Assembly (NCBI GenBank): GCA_965637545.1
Contig: OZ281496.1
Span: 27,156,001-27,220,000, forward strand
Reading direction: 5' to 3'
DNA length: 64,000 bases
Origin: Phallusia mammillata
Taxonomy: Eukaryota
Position 1 is the first letter of the stretch. Each line of letters begins with the position of its first letter. Below, one piece after another: positions 51,201-61,256 of this stretch. The translations under genes and the position numbers were made by a program. Below the pieces are notes generated by a model. The model made no database searches. It was not told the origin of the DNA and was given only the letters and a program-made list of their open reading frames with translations.

Positions 51201-52679
51201 TGATGGGAATTGTACTTCAATGTTCAGCGCTTCTCACCAAGCACGAGGTAGTCACGAACAACAACAAAAATGAGATCTTCTGCAAAACTTAAAAAACAAA
51301 CCAATCGTAATTGAACGTGTTCGATATTGCTTCGACAAGACCTTTAAACGTTTGCTGTTGTCTTTTAACTGGAAATTTGTTACCTATTATCACGACAAAC
51401 ATTGTCAAGCTCGTAACACTTTTTTTAACGTTTTCTTCTGTTTTCTGCAACGTGTTGCATGCCTTTTTTGTTACAGGGAATTTTGGAAACGTGTAATGGA
51501 ATGAAAGCAGACTACCTGTTTCAGACTGATAAACATTATGACATGAGTTATGATACTGGAGACAAAACCATTCAATGTGGGCGACACGTTGATGTTTTTA
51601 AACTCTGGCTGGCCTGGAGAGCAAAGGTAAGCACCAATATATGCCTTTTATCAAGAAAAAACTGACCTGCTTGCAAAATCCAAAGCTGTTATAACGGCAG
51701 TTTATCAATCATTTTCTGTTGGACATTGGCTTCATTGAAAAACAATCTTAGCGGTAACATGAGGTTAGTATAAATGTTATTTTCACGTGCGTATGTTTTA
51801 GGGCGACAAAGGATTTGAACAACACGTGGACAAATGTATAGAACTTTCCAAGTATGATTTTATTCACAGTTTTTTGTTCAAACGCTTGTTAACTCTCATC
51901 TAATTAACGATGCCGATTTTTGTTTTAGATATTTGGTTGAAAAAATCAAGAAGACAAAGGGTTTTGAACTGGTGTTTGCTGATGTAAGTTGTGTACATAT
52001 TAGAAAAAATACTTTATTGGAAGTGTTGACGTTTATGAAACTGAACTTTTTGTTTTCAGCCTCAGTACACTAATGTGTGTTTTTGGTTTGTTCCACAATG
52101 CATTCAAAAGATTTCCGACAAACATGAAAGAAAGTGTCAGTTAAACAAGGTATCCAATTATGTAGATTTGTTTAATTTTTACTCGGAGGGCGATGTTTGA
52201 CTTCAGTTTTTATACTGAACAGACTTCTCTCAGTTGAAACATAGCAAGTTTGTTATTTAGACAAATTCCTGTTTTTTGTAGTTCTTGCCAACTTTTGATA
52301 TACTACATAAAATGTACTTTAAAAGAGCAAGAACAGTTTACGTAACATCTACTTTCTTGTCAAATATACCACCTGCAAATATCTCATGATTCATGAAAAT
52401 ACGTCAAAATGAATCGTGTTGGGTACAAATCGAGCATAATTGGGATAATGATCATTTTGCCTATCATAACTGTTAAATTCTCCATGATTTGTAATAAAGG
52501 TGGCCCCTGCAATCAAAGCTATGATGATGGAAAACGGAACAATGATGATCGGTTATCAACCGCTCGATGACAAAGTAAACTTCTTTCGTAACATTGTAAG
52601 CAATGCTGCTGTAACCAGGGAAGATATTGACTTTCTTGTTGCTGAGATACAACGTTTGGGTTCCGATTTGTCGTTCTAA
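45242..52679 (+). CDS. GAD: Glutamate decarboxylase (group II PLP-dependent); start uncertain. Exons include about 45242-45568, 45790-45889, 46025-46115, 49933-50039, 50131-50246, 50322-50401, 50466-50637, 51104-51247, 51477-51626, 51802-51851, 51929-51983, 52040-52129, 52500-52679
   Basis: [97 protein letters not shown] (PLP lysine), [45 protein letters not shown] and GRHVD favour GAD over CSAD/GADL1. Confidence 0.9.
47026..49308 (-). CDS. IFT80: Intraflagellar transport protein 80, 760 aa, single coding exon, nested antisense in a GAD intron
   Basis: Uninterrupted [25 protein letters not shown]..., WD40 repeats ([39 protein letters not shown]), [19 protein letters not shown] near the C-terminus. 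A probable 5'-UTR acceptor lies at about 49330. Confidence 0.96.
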   Translation of the reverse strand: MRLKYTIPKDAAHSDSVTCVAWASSDHVISASDDHTVMKWNLLSGENTIHCKLPQELFPTHLARLSVSNPGSKNVPASDLFAVTSTDGKFYFLSHAGRIEKSVQAHKGAVLSGKWNQDGTAFLTCGEDGQLKMWSRSGMLRSTIVQLPQCVYAIAWGPDSDQILYTQGKLLVIKPLQPSAKEVSWKAHDGVVLKADWNQVNRLIVSGGEDCKYKIWDHFGRPLYSSAPFDYPVTAVNWAPGGDLFAVGSFNSICLCDKSGWSHALEKPSCGSIFDISWSNDGMQLAAACADGNVILAHCVEKRLEWCEYEVTLVSRKTVEVKNVANDAHDTLEMKDRVIKISLDYNYLIVITSTQCHIYSTNNFNTPAIFDLREGAVSFVQQAEKHFLLADKAGLYVYSYEGKHVCSPKLPSTVQVGSLTTKTAVISTDVLAIRDSKDEKVVFLIDAHTGKPYGGGHPMTHKIEVVQIALSMCGATSERHLALIDKNHDLYLTPVKSIGSGFKLNKLSNMVHSVQWNTTVNMLCALQDSRMLVWFYPSALFADKDILHHTVYEKDSSDLGKYPELCGYRDNTITLRRTDGSLVSVAISPYPSILNQLVSNNRWTEALTLCRFTKEKSLWACLAAMSLKEKDLNVAEIAYAAVGEASKVEHLNQIKGIASKPVQSAEMALFCGNAYEAEAILLQNNLIFRAIQLNMDLFTWERALDLAVKHKTHIDTVLGFRQVYLRKTHKPETSNKFKQYSQGVDINWKSIMSKIELEMQ

Positions 52680-53021
52680 CTGTTTATCTATCTAGATTTT
52701 ATTACCATTTCGTATATTTCGTAAGTTTATTCTTCATTGTGTAAACTATATTGTTTTTCGGCGTGAAGGTACAATTGACCTACAATTTTTACGAGTGAAG
52801 TACTTTGCCATTGTCAATCATATTTTATTTACTGTAAGAAGTATATCGTTGAAAATTTGTTGTTTTTCATGGAAGTGTTTAAATTATTGTAAAGTTCCAT
52901 TTTTACTCGTGTTGTGAGCAATAAAAACATGAATTATGTGCTACACGTTATAACTGACGTGTAAGATTCTGCATTTACTATATGCGATGAATAGGTAAAA
53001 GAGAAAAGACATTGATATTAC

Positions 53022-53770
53022 CAGGGAGTCGAACCGCTTGTCATATGGGTCCAGGTTCGGTTCGGGTTCACTTGGTTTTGTTTTTAAGGGTTCGGGTTCG
53101 GTTCAAGTTTTTAAAAATGTATATTTTCGGGTTCGGGTTTTGCTCCGGTTTAGGCAAATTATCCGGTCCGAACCGGTTTGCGGTTTTTAAACCGGTTCAA
53201 ATTTTTATTCGTTGCAATTTAATTCTACCCATCATCTACCTCAGGGGTTCTTAACCTGGGGTGCACGCACCCCCAAGGGGTGCGAGAACTGTTCCTAGGG
53301 GGTGCGGGGATGCTGACCCATTAAGGTTGCTTAGGTCTATTCTATTTAAGCAATTACAGAAGGGGGAGCGAAAATTGGTTAGTGATTTGTAAGGGGGTGC
53401 GAAAATTGGTTTGTGATTTGAAAGGGGTGCAGCAAGGAAAAAAGGTTAAGAACCACTGATCTACCTGGTCTTATCAAACTGCAAAAAACATTTTGCCCGT
53501 GCACTGTTGTGTTTGAAACGCCCTACAAGTGTTATCTCGTATATTCTTCAGTGCGCTGTTTTGAGAAAAAAAATACAAAATATAAAACAGACTGCATTTT
53601 TTACTGGTTCGGTCCCGGTTCGGGTCCAACGCCAAACAAAATACGGGGTTTAACTCCGGTTCGGGTTTTTAGAAAATCGTAATTAGCGGTTCGGGTTCGG
53701 TTCGGGTTTAATGAAATTAACCGCTCAAACCGGTTCGCGGGTTCGGGTTCAGTTCCGGTTCGACTCCCTG
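53022..53770. mobile_element. hAT-type MITE, 749 bp including a nested element; rich in GGTTCG repeats
   Basis: Perfect TIRs CAGGGAGTCGAACCG / CGGTTCGACTCCCTG; perfect 8-bp TSD GATATTAC. Confidence 0.93.
53242..53458. mobile_element. hAT-type MITE, 217 bp, nested in 53022-53770
   Basis: TIRs CAGGGGTTCTTAACCT / AGGTTAAGAACCACTG; perfect 8-bp TSD ATCTACCT. Confidence 0.93.
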
Positions 53771-53907
53771 GATATTACTATAATATATAAGAAAAATAAA
53801 ATATTTTCCTGTTACATATGGTTTCTAAAGTTCAGTTTGGGAATTCCCCTACGGCAAACAACTTGCAGCATTGTTTGTTTTGCTTGCTCATAAGAAAGAC
53901 GGTAAAA

Positions 53908-56900
53908 ATGAATGAAAAGGCATTGGCTTGTGTAAAGGTAAATGAATACTTTAACGTAGTAGATTATTTAAGACCCAGTAAAATAGTTACCAGTTACACC
54001 TGTTCATTTTTCAGCTAATTGAGGAAGCTCTATGTTGTCCAATTTGCAAAGAACCGTTTAAAATTCCAGTTATTATTGTTTCTTGTTCTCACAATTGTAA
54101 GTATGATGTAGTTTCTAGGTTTTCCGTTTTTATTGCACATTGATAAGTTAGTTTTATTCCTGTTCTTACTCTTTTTGTTTGTAAAATATTCGACAAAACC
54201 CTCAAGAAAACAAGGCTATTCAATAGGCAAATATTCCTACAAAAAACCTAGCTAAGATGAAACCAGTATATGCACTTGACCATGGTAGATACTTTAACAC
54301 CAAAAACTAGCAGCACTGGAGTCCGGTTCACTTTAGGTCAAGAAGGTAACGTCAGGTCAAATGTTTGAAAAAGCTTGTTTTTGAAGTTATTTATGATTTT
54401 AAACCTTCACCTGACCCGAATAGCTCTAACCGCAGGCATTTCTACAAGTCTACCAAAAAAATAAAAAATAAAAATAAACAGGATTTGAACCCAAAAATTA
54501 TGCGCATGAGGCATTGTCTCTACCACTACACTACAGTCTAGTGGTTTAAACAACACTTATAAACTTTCATAAACTATTTGTCATTTGACCTAAAGTGAAC
54601 CGGACTCCAGTGCCGCTAGTTTTTGGTGTTAAAGTATCTACCCTTGACCATTTGTATTTACCTATTTTAGCCAAATTCAAACCTTTGTTGTTGCAGTTTG
54701 TTCCATTTGCATTCGTCGTTATTTTGCTATCAAGCAAGAATGCCCAATTTGTGGAATTGTAAGTGATAACTAACTCCATATTTTCTATTTAAATTTAAAA
54801 CATGACTGTTCATTGCAGGATGCATCTCAAGGAAGTTTAAGCCCTAACCGAATAATAGATGGACTTGTACAGCGATTTAATGAATTAAGGTAAAAAAAAC
54901 AGAGTAGGGAAATCTATTACAAAAGTATGACAACTTTGCTCAATTATTGATATTTAATAAATATCTTTGTAGAGACCGTTTGGAACAAGAACAAACCAAT
55001 GATAATAATGGGTCAACAAAACCTGAAACATCTGTGAGTATTTTACTGCTAATGTATTTTTCTATTTCTATCAACACAATTGTTTTTTGTGTTTTTTTTT
55101 AGCAGCCTTTATTCTGTCAATTACCAACGTTTTCAGACCTTTCTACTGGCAGTCACCTGTCCTTGCCAACTGAACAACAACCATGTGAAGTTTCTACTAT
55201 AAATACAGATGCAGGGAATAAATCTCCAAAAACATGTGTAGCCGGAGCAGCAAGTTGCTCTAAAAAGAGTCCAGTTATGTTTTTAGATTGTGAAGTAGTA
55301 GAAAACACTCCAGAATTTTCCTTGGGACTGCAGGAGTTCTGCACCCAGTCCCAAGGCTTGTCTCTGGAGCCTTGCAATGTGTCTGGGACAAGTACTGAAA
55401 TGTTTCATTCAGAAGTAGCAACTAAAAGTAATGGAGAGAGTACATCCTCTATAACATGTGCACAGCAAAGTTTAAAATGTGAAAATCCACCTGTCGTAAT
55501 CTCAAATACATCCAAAGCTGACAAAGGTTTGTTTTTGTCACATTTCAAGCCTGATGAATGCTGTGAATGTGTTGTAAAGTTTGTGTGTTTTGCAAATATA
55601 ACTGTTTTACTTGATTATACTTTTTTTATTTAGATGTTAAAGCAGATTGCCCTGTGTGTGGATTGCCAGTGCTATGTCCCAAAATGAATGCTCACCTTGA
55701 CAACTGTTTGGCCCGTGAAGAAAAGAAAAAGGCTCTGAGACAGAATACTCCAAAGCGACAAAAAATGTGACTAGTGACATTGTTAGATGTGTTTAATTGT
55801 CAATTTTGTTAATCATTGAGTTTGCACATTTTTTGTGTAAATTTATGTAGAAACAAACCAGCTATCACTAAAATTGCATACAACCTGATTTCTCTAAAAG
55901 AACTGAAGAAAAAGATGAAGGAAATTGGTTTGTCAACATCTGGAAATAAAGAAGAACTTGTTCGGTATGACTAAATCCTCTACAAAATGATTTGATACTC
56001 AAGAAATTGTCACCTTGCATATTTTTATGTGCCTTCAGGAGACACAAAGAGTTTTTGGTTAAGTTCTTCGCAGAGCAAGACAAGGTTAAACCAAGAAGAC
56101 TTACAATAGTTTTGCAAGAGCTTGAAAGAGAAGAAATGGAGAAAAAGTTTCAAACTACTCGAGCAACCAGGAATGCCAAAAAGCGAATTTTGCTTGGTCA
56201 TGATAACAGTAATTGTGGAAATGGACTTGACAAAAAGGTTTGACCTATTATGCAGTACATACAGTGATGCAAAGAGCTTGTGAAAGTTGTGTTTAATAAG
56301 AGAAATGGATAAGGATCTAAAATTACTTGAAGTGTCGGTATTTGATTTTCAGGAACACCTTAAGAGACATGCCAAGCAGTACAAGGAGCTAGAAGAGATT
56401 GTGAAGAAGAGTCTTCCACAAAAGCGAACTAAAGGTTTTGTCCATTGCTTACAATTATTAGAGTCACAACTGATGATATTTGTATTCCTCAGACAAGGGT
56501 AAAAAAACATGTTTAAACCATGGTTCAAGGTTGCCCTCAGAAGGTGAAACTAGTGAAAGCTTGGACCTGTGCAGCAGTGTCCTCCACCTCTCAAATGATG
56601 TGAAAGCCTCTTCAGGCAAGTCTTAGTGGCCCTTACAAATGTGTTTGTTTTATCACGTTTACAAAAAATCTCTTGGTGTATAGTTGAATTCTCAAGTCTA
56701 ATACCTATACTCCTTATGTCATAAAACTCATCCTGTTTTTTTGTACATAAAACAAGGATTCAATTCTTTCTTTTAATTGTGCTTTGCAGATATCTCTGAC
56801 CCAGGTTCACCTGAGTTGTATGTTGGTGCCACTCCCAGTGAATGTGACACTGAAGTTCCACAAAACCATCAAGCAGGAAACCTAAATGCGGTATTACAGG

Positions 56901-56953
56901 CGGACAGTCAAGGAGAAGAGATTAAAAACTTTATTGATGCATCACTGATCTAG
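53908..56953 (+). CDS. RAD18: E3 ubiquitin ligase RAD18, multi-exon
   Basis: RING LCCPICKEPFKIPVIIVSCSHNFCSICIRRYFAIKQECPIC; UBZ4 VKADCPVCGLPV...MNAHLDNCLAREEKKKALR; SAP IAYNLISLKELKKKMKEIGLSTSGNKEELVRRHKEF. The C-terminal exons are less certain; stop TAG at 56951-56953. Confidence 0.9.
54284..54642. mobile_element. Long-TIR MITE with 9-bp TSD (Merlin- or Mutator-like), in RAD18 intron
   Basis: 58-bp TIRs starting GGTAGATACTTTAACACCAAAAACTAGC (1 mismatch); perfect 9-bp TSD CTTGACCAT at 54275-54283 and 54643-54651. Confidence 0.88.
54480..54536 (-). pseudogene. Degenerate tRNA-like head (CAT anticodon arm) inside the long-TIR MITE
   Basis: A-box TAGTGTAGTGGTAGAG; stem-loop ATGC-CTCATGC-GCAT with CAT at the anticodon position; B-box GGGTTCAAATCC; then T-runs. 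No acceptor stem. Confidence 0.5.
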
Positions 56954-56954
56954 T

Positions 56955-57220
56955 AACTGCGTGTAGTATATTATAAATCATGAGTTACCAGAGACTCAGT
57001 ACGACAGATGGAGACAACAGTCGCATATAATAACAGACTAAAAACTTTGACAAGTCTGAAGTCGTCCACCGTTTTATTAGACATATATATTTCATAAAGC
57101 ATGACGTTTCGACATCAACTTGTGTCATTGAAATGCCTTGACGATGCCTATTACTTAGATGAAATATATATGTCTAATAAAACGGTGGACGACTTCAGAC
57201 TTGTCAAAGTTTTCAGTCTT
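56955..57220. mobile_element. 266-bp fold-back insertion with 13-bp TSD, probably Penelope-like-element derived
   Basis: TSD TCACTGATCTAGT at 56942-56954 and 57221-57233. Inverted arms of 61 bp at 57035-57095 / 57159-57219 (1 mismatch). The loop holds a degenerate hammerhead motif on the minus strand (..CAATGA-CACAAGTTGATGTC-GAAACGTC). Confidence 0.8.
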
Positions 57221-57913
57221 TCACTGATCTAGTGTTTCAATTTTGTGACCATTAGACATTGGTACAAGTGTGTCACCATATACAAGCATTTAAAACAGCC
57301 TATTTTGTTGTCAACAGTAAGCACCTTTAGAATTCACCAACCAGTTTTTGAACCCCTGTCATAAGTAACTAATAATCCCTAACCCTGATGATTCAGCATT
57401 TTTGCACCCCCTAGTCACTGCCCTATGGGAACAAATTATAATACATATTGTTTTAATAACAAAACCTCTCCTAAACACCAATATCCCTGTAAGTATTCTG
57501 TTCATTAAAACTGCATTACAATGGGGTGCTTAGTGCAACTGGACATTGGACTAAGTTTAAAGGAATACATGTTACATGTTTTTGTTTCTACTTGAAAAAA
57601 TGTGTTGTATGACTTTTTCAATCATATCAACCATTAGTTGTTTCACTATTTGGAGTGTCAGCAAAGTGTATGTTTTGTGTTTATATTTCAGTGCATCTAA
57701 AAGCTCCTGCTCACCTCACTGAACAAGATATTTCAACACATAAAAAGGAATGTGCCCTTTGTTGCATAAAATTCATGCACCAATAATGCCACGCACAAAG
57801 GCAAATAATTTGCTAATTGGGCAAGACACAAAAGAAACAGAAATAGCAGTCTTCGATGTCATCCATGAACTTCAGCAGCAGTCGAAGCACCAGCAGTTGT
57901 CAGTTTAACATGG

Positions 57914-58742
57914 TCAACTGGACCAAAATTCGTATACTGCCCTGACTGCAAAAAGTCCAGCACAAAGGGCAACACAGTTGTGAAGTGTTTTTCTATACTT
58001 ATCGTCCCTGTGCACCAAGACTACAGGTGACGGGTTGGTTAGGTTTTGGACGTTCAGTTGAGAAAGTTCACGGCTATTGACGGTGACTTGGTATTTGCAA
58101 CAGGGATCGAATTGCCATGAAATGCCATACAAAGCTGCACAGCTGACACTTAGAACAGCAGTAGGAAGACCAACATATATATTGGCAGGAGGCGTCCCTT
58201 CGGGCAAAAGCTGAGGAAGAATAAATGAAGCAAGGCCAGAAAGGACTGCGGTTTTGTGAAGGCAGTTTCCAACTCTAATCCATCTGCTTGTTTCTTCGCC
58301 TGTTAATAAAAAGGTAATGTCAGTTCAGGGCAGAATTAACTACTGTTTAACATGTCTGCTTTTTAATTGAAGTAAACAACAAAATTACAGTTTTCGCATA
58401 CTGTGTCAATCTAACTGCATGATGAAAGAGTAAGTGCAGTTGTATCAATGTGATTGCAAGTAAAAAACTGATTTGTTTAATTTAAAATCGATAGTAATAA
58501 AACACAAAAATGTTCACACAAAGGCAGTGCTTTTGAACACTAAATATAAGCACAGTAAAACGAAACACTTGCGAAAACTCACCTAGCTTTGTTGGTTCAA
58601 TAACAATGTAATCCACACTGCCCTCCAATGCACATTCAAGCTCATATTCGAATCTTTCCTGGGAATTAATACCATCATACACTTCTCGTATCACGGTAGT
58701 TTTATTTTGCAATGTTTTTCTGACATTATCAGAGCTGCTCAT
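57914..58742 (-). CDS. TMEM11: Mitochondrial transmembrane protein 11 (PMI). Exons 58742-58583, 58299-57914
   Basis: [84 protein letters not shown]. Confidence 0.96.
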
Positions 58743-59310
58743 GCTATCGAAATCCTTTTGTAGCAGTAAGCCATGCAAGATGTTCTGCATTACCTTATAG
58801 TATGTTCATAAAAGCAGCATGCCCAGTATATTTAACCTATTCCATAACCTGAAACATGTTTAGTTTGGTTAAACGCGTCTAAACTGACTTAAAAGCCCTA
58901 TAACTTGACTTGTAACCAAAACAAATTTAACAAAAAAGTAAAATGCAAATTCGTGATTTCGAAGGTGAACTTGCTGATAACTTTAATTTTATTTAATTAA
59001 AGGAGGCGACAGCAGCACATTTTCTGCATGAGTAAATAGATGTAAAAAAGGCGTTTTTGATAATAAACCCAATTTCTAATGACTGAAAACACGATAGAAT
59101 ATTTTTTTGTAAAGTAGATTTACAACCAAAATAATACACGCAAACTATGAAATTTATTATTCAATCATTGGATGTCGCTACAGCGAAAAGTTTCACTTCA
59201 CCATGGTTTCAAGAATATTTTCATTGTAGTTGTGGCGCGAGATGTTTACCCGACATTTTGCGAAATGTAGACGGTTTTAATACATCGGAGCAAGAGAAGC
59301 AAGTCTCGAC

Positions 59311-60687
59311 ATGAGTGCCGACATATTTCTTGCTGCTAAAATCGGAGACACAGAGTGGTTAGTCCAGAGTTTAACCAGTCCCAGCCATGCCAACCGATAT
59401 GACAAAAGTGGTTATGCCCCAATACATTGGGCTGCCGTTAATGGGAGACTAAACTGTCTTAGAATCTTAATTGAAACATATCAAGTAGATCCTAATCTTC
59501 CAACGCTGGACGGCTGGTATGCTTTACACCTGTGTATTAACAAAAACAATGGCGACAGGGCATTGCAGTGTGCAAAATATTTGGTAAAATGTGGTGCTGA
59601 TGTTACGAACACTACTAACCAAGAAAACATCAGTGTACTCCACCAGGCTGCCAGTGCAGGGCTTCTTGACTGTGTGCAGTTTTTACTTGACTTTGATGCC
59701 CCTTTGCATGAGTACAACAGCGACGGACATACAGCATATGATGTTGCTAGACTTTGGGGGAATAGGGCTTGTGCCCGATTTATTCTGGATGCGATATGGA
59801 AACAGGATAAGCTGGATGTACAAAGTGAATCTAAAAAACTAAAACTGTTGCGAAGTCGTGTTTGCCAGCTGCAAAAGACTGCAGTTCATCAGCTGCAAAA
59901 TGAAAGAGATTTCTTCAGCGATATCACCTTTGATAATTGGATGGAGGACAAGGGCTATTTTGATTACCCTTTAAAAACCTTTAAAGTGGGTAATTCTGTG
60001 GATGGGTTGTACAAGAGGCTGGGAGCAAATGGAAGCATTGATGACTGTGCAAAGAAAATGGAAAGGCTGTCTCATCAGTTTAGCACTAAAAAAAGGAATC
60101 ATAGAGACAAGCGGGGATCAATGTATCCAGCTAAGTCAAAACTGGATGGTGCACATCGTAGATTTCGATCAAAAAATAAACCAGGGTACCCTCTACAACC
60201 CGTTACACCTGCAACAGGCAAAACACTACCCATGAGGAAAATGTGGAATTACAGTACCAATGTAAATTCATTGCCCTGTACCAATATTAAACAACCAGTG
60301 TTACTTTCACTTGGAGTCAATCCAGATGAGGAAAAACACAAACTATTACCTTTGGATGCTAATCTTCCAGTTCAGGTTGAAAAAGCACCAAGTGGGTTGC
60401 CCAGTGTGAAGCTCATGCTTCCTGGGGGAGAGGTTCAAAGCAATGCAGTTGAAATTCCCAGACTACCTCCTTCTATCGTGTGGAGGGCATTATCAAGACC
60501 TGATAAAGAGCGCTTCCAAGCTCCAGAAGGTTTTAAACCTGTGCACATTGCGGATGTTCACCATAAGCGAAGAGTAGAAAATCCTCCGTATGAGGAAATT
60601 GCTCACCATCTTGCGGTTACATTAAAAATTAGCGACAACATTTCAACCCCTTCCACATTACCTTCTGAGATAAAGAACAGCAGCTAA
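59311..60687 (+). CDS. ANKRD53: Ankyrin repeat domain protein 53-like, 458 aa, single exon
   Basis: N-terminal ankyrin repeats with ANKRD53-like signatures: IFLAAKIGDTEWL, HWAAVNGRLNCLRILIETY, LHQAASAGLLDCVQFLL, ARLWGNRACARFILDAIWKQDK. Confidence 0.82.
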   Translation: MSADIFLAAKIGDTEWLVQSLTSPSHANRYDKSGYAPIHWAAVNGRLNCLRILIETYQVDPNLPTLDGWYALHLCINKNNGDRALQCAKYLVKCGADVTNTTNQENISVLHQAASAGLLDCVQFLLDFDAPLHEYNSDGHTAYDVARLWGNRACARFILDAIWKQDKLDVQSESKKLKLLRSRVCQLQKTAVHQLQNERDFFSDITFDNWMEDKGYFDYPLKTFKVGNSVDGLYKRLGANGSIDDCAKKMERLSHQFSTKKRNHRDKRGSMYPAKSKLDGAHRRFRSKNKPGYPLQPVTPATGKTLPMRKMWNYSTNVNSLPCTNIKQPVLLSLGVNPDEEKHKLLPLDANLPVQVEKAPSGLPSVKLMLPGGEVQSNAVEIPRLPPSIVWRALSRPDKERFQAPEGFKPVHIADVHHKRRVENPPYEEIAHHLAVTLKISDNISTPSTLPSEIKNSS

Positions 60688-61256
60688 ATTTGAAACGGAT
60701 GTTATGCTGCTGTTCACATTTAATCTATATTTTATGTTATGATTTTAATGAAACATTTCTGTTAGAAACTAACTCATGTATACTCATGACACTGTGCTAT
60801 TAATTTTGAATCGTTAAATATAAGTGGTTATTGTCTCATTTAACTTGCCTTTTCATCATTGATGTTGTTGTTGTTTGTACAAATGATGTTATTCTATGTT
60901 GAAAAATAATTTAGTGTTAATCCAAACCAGTGTAGTTTTCAGATTTTGTGTTGTGCTGTTTGTAAACTAAGACAGCAAAATTACCTGCAGTAGTACCTGT
61001 TTTTAAAAGGTTTTACCTATTATACTTGTGCCCACAAAAGGTTTGCTTCTTTGGTAACTTTTTTGTGTTTTGACATGTGAATTGTAAAGTTGGTTGTGAC
61101 ATCTAGTTAGCTTCATTTGTCAGCAATTTTAAACAAACGTGTCTGCAGTTATCGTGAATAAACCACAAATGCACACAATAGTGGACAGGCATTGTTGCAT
61201 AACAATGACACTGTGTTTGACAATGATCAAGGCACCATTTATCCGTTTGATACAAA

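Noticed and set aside
52130-52499. GAD last intron as U12-type (GTATCCAA)
   Set aside because: Positions +7/+8 miss the TT consensus and no TCCTTRAC branch site lies near the acceptor
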